64,000 nucleotides of DNA from Mobula hypostoma (GCF_963921235.1 NC_086097.1:84880001-84944000); one strand, 5' to 3'. Positions 1 to 14,184 are shown, numbered from the stretch's first letter. Translations and numbers: made by a program. The notes: generated by a model not told the origin, from the sequence alone.

Positions 1-61
1 CCATTTCAAGGGCAATTAAGTGCTGACCACATTAGTCTCCCTAGAGTCATTTTCAGGATTT

Positions 62-520
62 AAGAATCAAGATTGTTTATTGTTGTTCTGGATCGGGAGC
101 ATCATATAAAAAAACAACACAATAAGCATAAAGGCCACAATAAAAGGCAAGGGAACACGATAATTATAACTGTAAAAGCAATGCTATGACACAATGTACA
201 AGTAACTGTTACATACATAGACTGATTGTATGGACATAAACTGGCGCTCGGTGATGTGTGTGTAGAGGTGATGGGGCATGGTAGGGTATTTTAATGAGTA
301 GAGGTGTTGATCTGTCTGACAGCTTGGGGAATGTAACTGTTTTTGCGTCTAGTGGTCCTGGTGTAGATGTTACGTAGCCTTTCCCATAATGAAGGTGGGA
401 CAAACAGTCCATAAGCAGGGTGTGTGGGATCCTTCGTGATATCGCTGGTCTTTTCTGGTACTTTTCTGTATCTATGCCCTTAATGGCTGATGCTGGTGAT
501 ACGTTGATATACGTATTGGT
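62..520 (-). mobile_element. Rex1/Babar-like LINE 3' fragment
   Basis: tttatt (AATAAA on minus) near a short-repeat tail at ~62-80. Minus ORF 209..601 has a degenerate ORF2 C-terminus (IPHTLLMDCLSHL...YVTSTPGPLD). Confidence 0.5.
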
Positions 521-740
521 TTGTGAAGAGTGCAGTGATAGAAGTTTGAGCAAGACCTCCTTTCTTTGATAGTGCAATGTAGATGGGTTCCTGCTGGTCA
601 CTGGAAGATGGTGGGCTGAAGTGGCTGATTCTACACTGTATGGCTCTATAACTCTAAGGTTTCTATGGCCTTCACAAAACTATAATCTGAGGAAATATTG
701 TTAATCTGATTTCAGCAGTGAGATAAAGGATAGCATGTAG

Positions 741-1939
741 TCAACACACACAAAATGCTGGAGGAACAGCAGTCCAGGCAGCATGTAGGAAAAGCGTACA
801 GTCGATGTCTCGGGCTGAGACCCTTCAGCAGGACAGGAGAAAAAAAAGATGAAGAGCAAATTTAAAAGGTAGGGGAGTAGAGAGAGAAACACAAAGTGAT
901 AGATGAAATGGGAAGGGGAGGGATGAAGTAAAGAGCTGGGAAGTTGATTGGTGAAAGAAATACAGGTCTGGAGAAGCGAGAGCGAACAGGAGGCCATGGA
1001 AGAAAGAAAAGTGGGGGGGGGGAGGAGCACCAGAGGGAGGCGATGGGCGGGCAAGGAGATAAGGTGAGAGAGGGAAAAGGGGGTGAGGAATGATGAAGGA
1101 GGGGTGGAGCATTATCAGAAGGTTGAGAAATCGATGTTCATGTCATCGTGTTGGAGGCTACCCAGACAGAATATAAGGTGTTGTTCCTCCAACCTGAGTG
1201 TGGCCTCACCTGTGAGTTGGTTTGGGTCATATATTGTGTTCAGTGCTCCAGGTGTGGCCTTCTGTATGTCGTCGAGACCCGGCATAGATTGGAAGCCTAC
1301 TTTGCCGAGCACCTATGCTCCGTCTGCCAGAAGAAATGGGATCTCCCAGTGGCCATCCATTTTAATTCCACTTCCCATTCCCATTCCCATTCAGATATAT
1401 CCATCCACGACCTCCTCTACTGTTGCGATAAGGCCACACTCAGGTTGGTGAACAACACCTTATATTCCGTCTGGGTAGCCTTCGACCTGATGGCACGAAC
1501 ATCGATTTTTCGAACTACCGGTAATGACGCACCCCCCCCACCCCGCCCTCAACATTCCCCATTCCCTTTTCTCTCTCATCTACTCCTTGCCTGCCTGTTG
1601 CTTCCCTCTGGTGCTCCTCCACCTTTTCTTTCTTCCATGGCCTTCTCGCCTCTCCTATTAGATTCCCCCTTCTCCAGCCCTGTATCTCTTTCACCAGTCA
1701 ACTTCCCAGCTGTTTACTTCCTCCCTTCCCCATCACCCATCATCCTGTGTTTCTGTCTCCCCTCCCCCCACCTTTTAAATTTACTCCTTAGCTTTTTCCT
1801 CTCCAGTCCTGTCGAAGGGTCTGGGCCCGAAATGCGACTGTACTTTTTTCCATAGATGCTGCCTGGCCTGCTGAGTTCCTCCAGCATTTTGTGTGTGTTG
1901 CTTGGATTTCCAGCATCTGCACATTTGCTCTTGTTCTGT
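741..1939 (+). mobile_element. Penelope-like element (GIY-YIG fragment) with inverted terminal arms and 12-bp target duplication
   Basis: GIY-YIG motif VIYCVQCSRCGLLYVVET in ORF 1148..1855. 742-~1205 is an inverted copy of ~1430-1900. Flanks GATAGCATGTAG (729-740) and GATAGCATGAAG (1940-1951). Confidence 0.85.
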
Positions 1940-3671
1940 GATAGCATGAAGGCTGGAGCTTAGCAGGACCGAAACTCTGGAGTTCTGAGTAGCTGTGGAT
2001 GTAGCATTTAGAAGCACTACCAGCTCCTTCCCTCGAGCATAGCAGAACTTGAAAACAGTCCCGTAGAGATCTACTTAGCGGCTCTATTAACTGGATTGTT
2101 GCTTCCCTTTATCACACAGAGACTCCTGTAATTCGGCATGCCACAGGGCAGGCCTTTGGCCTGCGTGCCAAGTGGCACAGTGTCACCTGTAGGCCTACAT
2201 TCCTCATTACTTTCAGTGGGAGCTGCAGTGCAATTGATTCTGTGTTAGCTGCTGCGGGATACACAACTAATTGGGAACCGACTGGTTTTGGACTGAGTTG
2301 TCTTGAAATTTACCTGTTACAAAATAATTTTGTTTTGAAGGAGCTCTACAATTCAGCTAAAGAGTTGCAGGTCCTGTCTCACTGCTTCTTTTGTGGCTTA
2401 AGAGCATATAGGATCAAGAATAGACCTTAACTCAAAGTTGCTGTGTCATTCAGCAAGATTATGGCTGATCTGATCTGGCCCTTGACTGGATTTTATTTTT
2501 ACCTCTGTTCATCCACTTTATGCAGGCTCCAAGTGGAGCAAACCCTTCTTTCCAGTTCCTTTCTCTATATTTACCTCCAGCCCTGCAACCCATTTTCTCA
2601 CTTGCCTGCTTATTTCCCTTGTGAAGCTTTGCCACTTGGGTAAATTTACATAACCCAGTTAACCTACCAGCACGAGGGGGGGGGGATCAGGATTGCCCAG
2701 GGGAAACCATGTAGCTACAGGGTGAAACTCTGGTCCCTGGAACTGTGAGACAGCAGTGTTAACTGCTGTCCCATTGTTCCCCGTAATCACTGACTTTGTT
2801 CTCCTACAATGTTCAGTCCATCAGTCTGAATGCATTCAATGATTCCGCTTCCACAACTCACTGTGGTGGAGAACCCTAGAGCTTCATAAGGCCCTGAGCG
2901 AAGAAATGTCTCCTCATCTCCATTTTTATTTGTTGACCCTTTATCATGAAGCTACTTTCTCTGGTTCCTATTCTGTCAGAAACAGAGTGGAACCTTTACC
3001 TCGAGGGACAGCAGAAGGAGAAGAATATTAACAGGAGTGGCAATTTCAAAAATGTTTCCAATTACTCCTTTAATCCTGGATTTCAAGAGCTTTTTATTGC
3101 TGCAAATTATGAATGAAGAGTATAAAATTTAATTTTAATGAAATTGAACTGTGAGGTTTCTGCACAAACAATAGAATTAAATCAAAATCTCCACATGACC
3201 ATAAATGACGCTGAAGAAATAGAAGAAATCTATATCATCTGTATTTCCTATTTTTATAGGATGGATTCTGGAATTTACTCTTTTAATGTCTCCTTCCCTA
3301 GTGGGACCTTGTTTGTATGTAAATACTGTTCCCAAATTTCCCATTGGGAAACTGACAAAATCAAGTAGACATCTGGTTTTACTTTTAGTGCCTACTGCCT
3401 TGCATTTTAGTCAAATCATGAGGTAGTTTATGTGTCCAAATGAGAAATCATTGACCCTAAGTAGCATTGGACATTGATTACATTTCAGAAGAGCCATGAA
3501 GATGTGTCTATCCGTTGCCGAGGTGCTGGGATGCAATAAGTCTTTCCATGGCCTGTTTGAAGGTGATCAGTGCGGTAAATTGAAAAATAGCATTGTTATC
3601 CAGGCACAGCATTGCATTCGGTTGTAGAGTTTAGCAAAGGAACTCATAAAGCTGTTCTTCCACAATAAAAA

Positions 3672-4105
3672 TGAGAATCAGATTTATTATCACTGACATA
3701 TGATGTGAAATTTTGTTGTTTTGTGGCAGCAGGACAGGCAAAGGCATAAGACACTCTTGATTACAAAAAAAAGTGCAAAAAGGATTAGTGAAGCAGTGTT
3801 CTTAGATTCAGAAATCTGGTGGAGGAGAAGAAGCTCCATCCAGGAACTTGAAGCTGCTCATCCTTTTCACTGCTGACCCTTCAGTGAGCACCAGTGTGTG
3901 TTCTCCTGATTTCCACTTCCTGAAGTCCGCAATCAATTCCTTGGACTTGCTGGTGTTGAGCTCAACATAGTTTTTATCACACCACTCAACCAGATGATCT
4001 ATCTCATTCCTGCTGGTCTCCTCATGACTATTTGAGATTCTACCAGCAATAATGGTGCCATCAGCAAATTTGTAGCTCGGTGTTGGAGCTGTGCTTAGCC
4101 ACGCA
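3672..4105 (-). mobile_element. Rex1/Babar-like LINE RT fragment plus 3' tail
   Basis: ORF 3808..4176: KFADGTIIAGRI...LVEWCDKNYVELNTSKSKELIADFRK...SFKFL (late RT subdomains). Confidence 0.75.
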
Positions 4106-4139
4106 TTCCTTTTTGGATAGCTTGACTGGAAACCTGGCA

Positions 4140-5310
4140 TGAAAATCTGGGTTACTTCATGATTTTCTTTGACCAAGGAGGTGGAGAGATTGAGATCATT
4201 AGTGTAAACGTGGAGGATGCCCCTGTCATAAGATTAATAAAGAGATGAGATTCAAAGATGCCTGTTGGGGGGAACGATGAGTGGGCAAGTTCAAAACTCA
4301 TTTCATAACATAATCTGGTCCAGTTAATCGTGAACCAGGTCGGTGTGGTCGCCCTGAAATGGGAAATGATGGAACAGTCGAGAAAGGTCTTCTGTCTGTA
4401 CACGCCACAGAGAGATTGTTGAAGGAAGTGATACCAGGAGTGAATTTGATTGTATCCGTTTCTGTACAATACCAAGGGCAGTAATCTGTTTGGAGAGATT
4501 TAAACAGATTTGTGGAAAAGACAAGCACAGATTTGAGATGATTCTGGAGATGGAAATATAGTTTGCAAGCAGATCTGACAGCTGTCTGTTCTGTTTTTTT
4601 TGAGGAATGTCAGATCCATGCACAGGAATTTAAATATGCAAGGTTTTGGAGTGGCTTGGTAGTAAATATGTGTCCCGTCCATAACCTACTACACATATTT
4701 TTTGGATGGTTATTATGGGGAAGTACCCTTGCTACCCTAACCTTGTGCATGCTCCTGAGGACTGCAGTGGTAATGAGTTTAAGGATGAAAGGAAAAATTG
4801 GCCAGCTTATTGTGCGGCCTTGGTTAGAAACTGCAAATGCACTAATTCCAAGCAGAATCAGAAAGGTAGAATACTGTTACATATTGTCTGGGGTCCACAT
4901 AAGATATCAGAGGAATAAGGCAGTCTGCCAGTAACCAGTGAATGGTGTGAATTTGACAGGCAATCAAATCTGTATTTAATGGATCATAAACACTGAGAAA
5001 TAACTGAGAAAATAAATAGTAAGATATATGGGATGAAAATAAAAAAGGATCAGTATCAGAAATTGGTGCAATGTAAGATTTGAGCCATATGATTAAATAG
5101 TAAGAAACTGAGAAGCAACCAACTAAGGGAACAATTGGTGTACTAGGCTAATTAAAATAAAAATTTTGGGGAGTGTAGCCAGGGAAGACAATGACCAAAT
5201 ATCGACAGAGAGCAAGGGAATGATGAATGTAAATTGTAGACACAAGGGAGGGATGGGATTAGTGACTGACATTAAAAGGAATTATTGATGGAATAATGGG
5301 AGACAGTTTT
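4140..5310 (+). mobile_element. Old, heavily decayed CR1-like LINE fragment (endonuclease region)
   Basis: Degenerate sequence resembling the CR1 ORF1/endonuclease region. No intact frame. Confidence 0.4.
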
Positions 5311-5319
5311 AGCTTTCAG

Positions 5320-5700
5320 CTAGTGACAGTGCCTCGGGAAGACTGGACTGAGGAGGCATTTGAGCGTAAGAAAGCCAAATACCGGGAGCTGGTAGAGCAG
5401 TGTCAGAAGCAGGGGTGGAGGGCATGATGCCAGTCTATAGAGGAGGGATGTAGAGATTTTGCTGGCTGCTCTCTGTGCAGAACCTACTCTCCTTAGCATT
5501 ACAGGCACTGAGGAAAAGGCCCTCAGGACTGTCTCAGAAGCTGCTGAGGGAGCTTCCAGATGACTATGGATCAATAGGTGTGATCTGTAGACCAATGCTG
5601 TTGGAACGCAAGCCAGGGCCTGATCAACCCTGGCTGGGTCGCCTGGGTGAGAGTGTCTGATGTTGAAAGACCCAAAACACCCAATGGCCCCAGGTTATCT
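5320..5700 (+). mobile_element. HERO/R2-group non-LTR retrotransposon 3' fragment (restriction-like endonuclease)
   Basis: Plus-strand hand translation VTVPREDWTEEAFERKKAKYRELVEQCQKQGWRA*CQSIEEGCRDFAG matches the RLE-domain pattern (LTVPWE...ERKxxKY...IEVGCRGF). Confidence 0.75.
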
Positions 5701-6379
5701 TAGGATGTAGCTCAGCATCATAGGAGCCAGTGTTGTAATAAACATTCACATTAACTGATGAAGTCTGTTTACTAAGTTCCCACTGTTTTATGGAAGTCAG
5801 ACCCACACGACACTATTACTAAAATTACAGTTGCGCTTTTAATTTTTACACGCACAGATGAGTTTAATTCAGACAAAACCCTTTTCCTCAGCTTGCCACA
5901 TCCTGTTGAGTGTGAGTTAAAAACTGCAAGGTTGCAAAGACAGGAATAGTAACGATTTTTCCACTTGCACTGGGACAGATTGGCTCTGTTTCAGAATTTT
6001 CATGTCAGAGTAGCTTTTTTTAATGCTATGAGTTTATAGTGAGATAAAGATAATCTTCAGTGTGGCTGAAGTAGATCACTGAAGGAATCATTTAGTTGTG
6101 GACTCTGAACTGAAGGTCAAACATTTCTTGGATAGATGTGAAGATAAATGGTGAGGAGGTTAAAATGGAATAGCTAACTCTGAAGTAGAGTGGAATGCTC
6201 CAATGATGAAAGCATTAGATGTTTTTGTTGCATTATTATTCATAACAAAAGATGTTGTTTCAGAAATAAATATCTGCAGAGAAGTCTAAAATGGAATCAG
6301 ATAAAGGGCACATTGAGTGATGCTTTCTCAGATCGAAATAAAAATACAATGATGTCTACACAGTCGGATATAGGAATGA

Positions 6380-7010
6380 AATTACACATTTCAACCTGAA
6401 ATAGGAATACAGTGATATATACACAGTGAAATTAGAAAACAGAAACATACACAGTCTGAAAGCGAAATACAGAAACATATACACAGTCCAAAATGGAAAT
6501 GACTCAGGCACAGTCTCAATGTATAAAAGCATAATATACTGTCCAAAATTACTGATCCATGTATGCAGAGTCTGACAATGAACTACATATGTATATATAT
6601 ATATAAATATTTACAGAGTGCTTATGTACAGTCTAAAGTAGAAATACAGACATATGTATGTACACAATCCAGAACAGAGGTACCCAGACATGTTACATAC
6701 ACAGGTCTAAAACATAAATAGTGAGTATAAACATGCAGAGACTGAAATGGCAATGCTAAGTCCATATAGGCACAGAGAGAAATAGAAACAGAGCAACACT
6801 TAAAAGCACAGTTTAAGTTTGAAATGCGTAGATGCATACACAGACAAAATATAAATTCAGACCCGGACACCTATAAGAGCAGTTTGAAATGCAGATACAT
6901 ATACAACCTACTCAAAACAGAAATGTCCTATCACATACAGAGTCCCAAGTATAATCTAAAAAGATACTTTAGATGCAGGCTCAGTTTTAAATTGGATATA
7001 ATAATAGAGA
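6380..7010. repeat. Highly diverged minisatellite, ~30-33 bp unit (approx. ATACACAGTCTAAAATAGAAATACAGACAT)
   Basis: Recurring acacagtc...gaaatacaga.acat blocks at ~32-bp spacing. Confidence 0.65.
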
Positions 7011-9159
7011 CATATTATAAACTTCCTGTTCTTTATAAATTTAAAATTTCATGGAAATTAATTATTATTAGCTTATGAAAGTATTATAAATGGCTTAAAT
7101 AAGGTATTGCAGGTGCACAGTCATAAGGATGATAAAACTATTGGAATTTTTTTTCTGTGTATTTCAAAATATTTAACCCACTCACTATAAATTTATGATT
7201 TCTGGAATGCTGTCATTGGCACCGCTGAAGAAATAGGATCATGGTTTCTTTCAGGATGGGTATGTTCCTCAGCCACATATCATTCCCCATAGATCTGGCC
7301 CCTTCAGCTTTGTGCCATTGCTGAAGTGATGGAAATCTGTGGACTCTAAAAATGATGGAATTCCCAATCAATGGAGCACACCATGTACAGCACTCATGCA
7401 AACTGTTCACTGAAATGAAATTCGGACAGAGATGTTCCTTACTCTATGATCTACAGTAAAGGAAGTGACCATTTACTTTCAAACTGTGAAAAGGTACAAG
7501 AGAATGAGTGAATGATTAGGGAAAGAGAGAAGGAATGATGGGGGAGCAGAGGAGAGGAGGGAGTGAATCAGATGGGCCTGGCTCCCACATTAGCCACATT
7601 AGCTTTTGGGTGCTCAATCTGTAACCCTAGGCTTTGATACTTCTCTGAAGTACTGAGAGAAAGGGATATTGTTGGAGAAACGATGCAATGCCCTATGAAG
7701 TGGAATTACCCAGACAAGTGTGGCAACCCATTTCAACTAAAGCAAATCCCCGATAAATTCTACCTCCCCCTTAAACTTTCAGCTGTAGAGATGGACTGAT
7801 ACTCTATGGTCGTATAACACTGAAACAATTCTTTCAGAATATTGAGTCTGTGCCAGCTGTCATTTACAGTCATCCTACTCTAATACCATTTAATTCCTCC
7901 ACATTTTCTTCAAGTCGTGCCAATTTTACCTCTTGCCTACATACTAGGCATAATAGACAGTGGCCAATTAAGCTACTGATATTTTGGGATCAGTAGGTCT
8001 TTGGGATATGGGAGAAAGCAAAACATAAACACCCGGAAGAAACCCATGCAGTCACAGAGAATGCACAAACTGCATTCAGAGAGCATTGAAGATCTGGGCT
8101 GTATCTGGGTCACTGGATCTATGAGGCCGCCAGTGGCTCTAGCAACTAGACCATTAAATGAAAAATATATATACAGGTTGAACACCTCTCATCCAAAATT
8201 ACAAAATCCAAAAACCTGTGAAATCCATAATTTTTTGAGGGCTGACATAATGTTGTAAGTGGAAAATTCTACAATACTTTGATTTATGAAGGCCAATACG
8301 CCAAAGCTCTCTTTATGAACTTATCTACCTGTGATGCCACTTTCAAGGAATTATGGATCTATATTTCCAGATCTCAATAGTGCTTGACAGTAGAATGGTC
8401 ATTGACCGAGGATAATGTCTCATTTTCAAAGGTTCTTTGTACCATAGAGTGTCTTCACTCTCATCCAATAACATATTGAATCCATAACCTCCATTCTAAT
8501 GTGCTTCTTCCACATTGTGACATGTCTCCCTTTTGTAATCGAGCTTGTTGCTTCAGTAGTAAAGTGCTGACATGTGACCACCAGGAACCCAGTCGAGATG
8601 GCCTCAAGTTCAAATTTATTGTCGTGGGCATAAATTACCATAATATAAATTCAATGAAAATTAGCTTTCTGTAGCAGCAGCAGCACAGTGCATCACAAAT
8701 ATGGCAAATGTAACATCATCTTAAATTAACCTAAGTTATGCATAACTTACATGGCAAAAATAAACAAACATATTTGTGCAAGTTGAATTTAAAATCCTTG
8801 CAAACTTCAGGAAGAGGAGACACGTATATTCCACTTAGCCGTCTTCTTAAATAGCATTAACCTCTGACAGGACCTCAATGCGACACATGGTGTCTTGTAG
8901 CTTGTGTGTCTGAGCTAGAGGCATAATTGAAGTAGTATGTTCCCTTTTGCATAAAAATAGTAGTAAACCTCACTGAAATACTTCCATCTGTTGTAAATTT
9001 TGCTGTCTATTTGAGGTGGTAAGAAGGGATTGTGATGGCAGTGAAACCTAACATTTCAATCTCACCGTTGTCAGTTTGGCCCTTCCTGGGTTTAACAGAG
9101 ATGGAGAAAAGGGAAAACCGTTCTTGGGAGGCTAGGAATCTCAGGTTCTCTTTTATTTC

Positions 9160-10020
9160 TTTTTAAAATCTGAGTGTTGTTGGCAAGGCCAGCATTTAAC
9201 ACCCATTTCTAATTCTAAGGAGGTGGTGGAAAGCACTGGAGCCATCTTGAGCCACTGGAGTCCCTCTAGTGAAGGCACGCCCATAGTGCTACTGGGCAAA
9301 AAGTTCTAGGATTTGGAGTCAGGAATGATGAAGAACTGGGAACATATTTTTAAGTCGGAATAGTGCCAGAGTTGGAGGAAAACCTGTTGGTGGTGGAGCA
9401 CCCACCTATCTGCTGTCTTCTTAATGGCCACAGTCGCAGGTCTGGGAGGCGCTGTCAGATGAACCTAGACAAGTAACTTCAGCGTATTTTGTCAGTGATG
9501 TGCACCTAGGCCACTTTCAACCAGCAGTGCAATGTTTAACGTGTTTGATGGACTGACAGTCAAACAGACGGCTTTCTCCTGAATGACGTCAAGCTTCCTG
9601 AGAGCTGTTGGGCAATACTTGTTCAGCAAGTGGAGAGTAACTCCATCCCATCCTTTTGTTGAGTTTACTCAGCCTTTGACCTGCTGCCCTGTTTAAGTTT
9701 CTGGTCAAGGGTATTGATAGCGAGGAACTTGGCAAATGAAATGACATTCACGTCTCAAGAAGAGATGGCTTGACTCTCCCTTGTTTGGCCATTTATTGCC
9801 TGGCACTTCTGTGGCACCGATATTATTTGCTCCTTATCGGCCCGTGTCTGAATGTTGTCTAGGTCTAACTGCATTGAGTTGGGTTTTGTCAAGGAATTAC
9901 TGATAGAATCAAACATTGCTTAATTTCCAGTTTCTGATCTATTGATGATAGGAAGTCAGTTCTGAAGCATCTGAAGATGTTAATGCCTAGGATACTGCCC
10001 TTAGGAATTCTTCCCAGTAA
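9160..10020 (-). mobile_element. Ancient LINE 3' fragment (related piece at ~20080-20400)
   Basis: ggcaaggccagcattta...aaggaggtggtgg block typical of a common shark/ray LINE end. Decayed. Confidence 0.4.
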
Positions 10021-10925
10021 TTGCTGTGTGCTCCCTTCCACTGCTGGGACCTGCTATGGAATGCTTTGTTCCCAACTGGAAGACAAGTCAGCGTGACTTC
10101 TGGCAAGAAAACATTGGGATTCCATGTGACAGAATGAATAAGAGCCCTTCTTCTGAAATGCCATTCCTTTTCTAGGCCATTAAACCCGTCAATCTATATC
10201 AGTTTGTGGACTGAGACTAAGTAAAGCAGGGTACTTTTTGATGGGTGTCACTGCTCAGTGTTCTGAATGTACTAATTCAGAAGAACATAGCTTCACCTTG
10301 CCTTTACATACGTTGTAATATCTGAACTTCTGTCGTATTTGCTTACAACTACAAATTGGTTGGAAATGTTTGAGCAGCAAAACACAGCTGCAGTTTGGTT
10401 TTGTCTGTGTTGTGGCTTTGATGTCTGCCTTTCGACTGTCTTTGAAATAACAATGGCTTGCATTTTTATAGTGCCCTTCTTGAAAACAAGTACTTTTCAA
10501 ATGTCAGTAATGCGATTGGGTACCAAAGGCATTCGCCATTTAGCGTGTTCTATCCTTGACTGTGCGGTAGAGAGGGAATCAAGATTCACCCTAGTCTAGT
10601 GGAAGGATGCTGCTTTTCACAACAGCCATTAAACCCATTAGACTGTGGAAAATCTCACAAGCTGTCATTCATCAGTAGAAAATAAGTACCAGTGGGAAAT
10701 GAAGAACAGTCAACCTCCTCCATCAATTGACTATGTGGATCCACTAAGTGAGATTGACAAATGCAACAACCTGATGCTTTGTTTCATGGAAATGTGTGTC
10801 CATTAGTATCAACCTTCACATCTAGGCCCAACAACCGACAAACAACCTGCTTGAATCCAAACTTAGATCCTACCTGAGGTGCAAAGGGAAAATGTTGATC
10901 AATCATGGCAAGAGATAGTTTACGA

Positions 10926-11840
10926 GTTCAAGTTCAAGTTTAATTGTCATTCAACCATATACACGAATACAGCCAAATGAAACATTGTTCTTCCAGGGCA
11001 TAGGTGTGAAATACAGAATCCACAGTCACACACAGCGCATATAGCACTTATACTATAATTATGATCACAGAAAAACATATAGTTACTAAAAAAATTTAAA
11101 AATAATAATATGGCCCAAGCCCCTGAGTGTCAAGGCCTGTAGATTATTGGTGCATGGATGGTGTACTTGGAGCCACGTTTCTGCAAGAATAGCTCACAGC
11201 AGTTCCTCACTTTGCAGTTGAACACAATCTAGTTTGTCTCTGTGGTAAACCATATGTTGTAACTGGGTTACCTGTCTGGACATGCCCCTCTGCTGACTGC
11301 TCCTGTGGCTCCTCCCACAGACCCTTGAATAAAGGTGATTGCGCCATTGCTCCTCCTCTCAGTCCAGGGGCAGATACTCAGCATGGTGGAGGTCTCATTT
11401 TACTGCTAATAAAAACCTTTCAGTATTTACTCTACTTCCAGTCTTTTGGAGTTATTGATGGTGCATCAGTCTCAGAGCGAGCAAACACTGGAGGGCAGCA
11501 CTGCCGGGGGCGGGGGGTGGCACACGGCCAGCTCCGACGTCTCATCCGGTGGTTGCAACAAGCATGAATGAAGCCTGGTCCGCGTCACAACCAAGACTAC
11601 ACAGCTCCTCTGCCGTAGAACTCGCCAGTGATCCAGCGAATTGGACTCTCAGTCTTCTACATTACCAATATCCAGCAGGGTCTTGTGATCACAAGAAAAA
11701 TGTCCAGGACAATCACCCTCATCCTTCTCGGGGTGGCTGATGCAGGCTGCAACACACTGTGCAACAAGTCCATCTCTATTGCTATCCAGAAACTCGCACG
11801 TGGGGTGGACCTTCAGTACTTGATGTCCTTGATAACCAGC
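10926..11840 (-). mobile_element. LINE 3' UTR/tail interrupted by a solo LTR
   Basis: (GTTCAA)n tail followed by tttaattgtcattc. Split at 11241-11468. Confidence 0.5.
11241..11468 (+). mobile_element. Solo LTR (228 bp) with 5-bp TSD GTCTC
   Basis: TG...CA termini, GTCTC at 11236-11240 and 11469-11473, AATAAA at ~11408. Confidence 0.85.
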
Positions 11841-12309
11841 AGTGTCTTGCAGTCATGAAAAAGATGTAAAAGATGAACTTTTCATCTTTGATTGGATCCA
11901 GAGAGAATGCTGCATCAGCTCGCTGCCATCCTACTGGAAGAAACATTCCTTGAAAATTAAGAGGCAAGCTCAAAGAATAAACAGAAAACAGAAGTTGAAA
12001 GTGATGAGAATTCTTTTCTGCAGAGAAATTTACTGTGAAGCAGTCCGGTGCAGGTGATCTGTATGAGCATGAAGGGGTGATATTTTCATGCTCAAGTTGT
12101 GCAGTTCTAGTTAGAACCCCAAATCCCAGGTTTTCTACACACAGTTGCACACAAACCGCAAGTTGGCAGTAAAGTCTGCATGAGAAGTGCGAACTTTAGC
12201 CCTTGATCTCCTACGAATGTGGGAGCTTTGAAAGCAGCTATTCCAGTGGGGGTACATTGGGCCATATTGTGCTCAATAGCAGGTGAGTCATGGCAATGGC
12301 ACACTGATC

Positions 12310-12630
12310 CAGGTCTAGACATAGAGAGGGTGCTTCTATAGTGGGGGAGTACTAAAATACTGGGGCATTCCTTTAGTACAGAAATGAGTAAGAATTCCTT
12401 TAGCCAGAGGATAGTGAATCCGTGGAAATCATTGCTGTAGATGGCTGTGGAGGCCAAGTAATTGAGTGTATTTAAAGCAGAGGTTGATGGGTTCTTGATT
12501 AGTAAGAGTGTCAAAGGTTACGGGGAGAAGGCAGGAGAATGGGGTTGAGAGGGATAGTAAATCTGCCATGATAGAATGGTGGAGCAGACTCAATGGGCCG
12601 AATGGCCTAATTCTGATCCTTTATCTCATA
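12310..12630 (+). mobile_element. CR1 LINE 3' fragment
   Basis: Standard CR1 end (agaattcctttagccagaggatagtgaatccgtggaa ... gggccgaatggcctaattctg). Confidence 0.8.
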
Positions 12631-13748
12631 GTGTTGTGACTCTGGTGAGGCATGGAGGTGTCAGAAGTTGGTGTCCGGGCAGGCATCCCAGTGGTTAGAG
12701 ACTTTACTGAACAATGATTCATCTCTCAGTAGGATGGAATTGGAAGCATCTGTGAGGGACTGAATCATCGTCATAGCTTTGGGGATGAATGGACTTCCTA
12801 TTACTACAGTGATAGGCCTTCATCCCTACTTCAATGGTCAAGACCTGTACGTTTGTGAACTGCTGCAAATTCTTCACTGGGATATCATCAGTGCGTTGTA
12901 TACTGTGGTGTTATGCAGATCCCTTTATACCATTATGTGCACAGGGGGGTCTGCAGTATAATTTCCCATCACTAATGCTTGAATTGCCAAGAACATCCAA
13001 CAGATTATTTTTCAGGTGAAGTTAAATTAGACAACTGGTTAAAATCTTGTATTAAACAATAGAATCTCCATGTAAATAATTTCATAGATAAACAAAAGCA
13101 ACTGAATTGTTTTGTGACAATATTCTAATGAATGCATAATTACTGTGAGGCACAAAGAGTTCCAGATTAATTGATGATGTTTTGTGGTATTACTTGACAT
13201 CTGCTGGGTTTTATCTGGCTTTACTGGTTATTATTAATATGCCTGCATGCTCCCTGCCATTTTCCTGCTGCATATTTCTACTTTATGATAATGTTCCATT
13301 CTCTGCTGCTTTGCTTAAATTCAGAGTCATTATTTACACCACTGCATTTCATGGGTCGTTTGGAGATTTTGACGTTTGATTGAACAGTTGACAGGGACTA
13401 TTTGAAAGAACAGTAATTAGTCTCTCCATCCACAGTAATTTCATTGTTATAGCCAGCTCAAGTTTAAAAGAGAATTCACACTTACGTCGTCTATCAACAT
13501 TGCCCATAAAGTTTTTGAATTACAGAAGTGGGTTACATCGACCATGAGGCTAGTTGGTAGTTTTATTCATCTGAGCTACAAAATGTCGGGTCTTTTTCTT
13601 GCCCACTGTTGAAGCTTCGGCATTCTTTCCCAAGGAAATGTCCAATTCACTTATTTGTAAGGGAGACTTTCAAATTCTAATTACCCTTGGAAATATTTTT
13701 CTAATTTCCTTCACATTGGATTTACTTAAAGATGCTCTTTATATTTTT

Positions 13749-14100
13749 AGATTAGATTATGAGAACACTCAGTCCTCTTTTATTGTCATTTAGAAATGCA
13801 TACATGCATTAAGAAATGATACAATGTTTCTCCGGAGTGATATCACAGAAAACAGGACAAACCAAAGACTAACACTGACAGAAGCACATAATTATAACAT
13901 ATAGATACAGCAGTGCAAAGCAATACCATAATTTGATGAAGAAGAACCAAGGGCACAGTAAAAAAAGTCTCAAAGTCCCTGAGTCGATGGACGCCCGAGT
14001 CCCCGATACCAGGCGGCAAAAGGGAGAAACTCCCTGCCATAAACCTCCAGGCACCGTCAACTTGCCGATGCCTTGGAAGCAGCCGAGCACAGCCGACACT
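13749..14100 (-). mobile_element. LINE 3' UTR with (ATTAG)n tail
   Basis: The same tail sequence recurs at ~49525-49598 inside the Gypsy element. Confidence 0.6.
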
Positions 14101-14184
14101 GAGTTTATGTTCTAATCTATGAAAGTAATCAGCTACTTTGTTATGATCTTTATAAACCGTGTTTCTGCAGTACATGTGGCCTGA

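Noticed and set aside
1148..1855. Longest ORF in the window (235 aa)
   Set aside because: Runs across the inverted arm, a GIY-YIG fragment and the pyrimidine-rich Penelope UTR. Not a gene.
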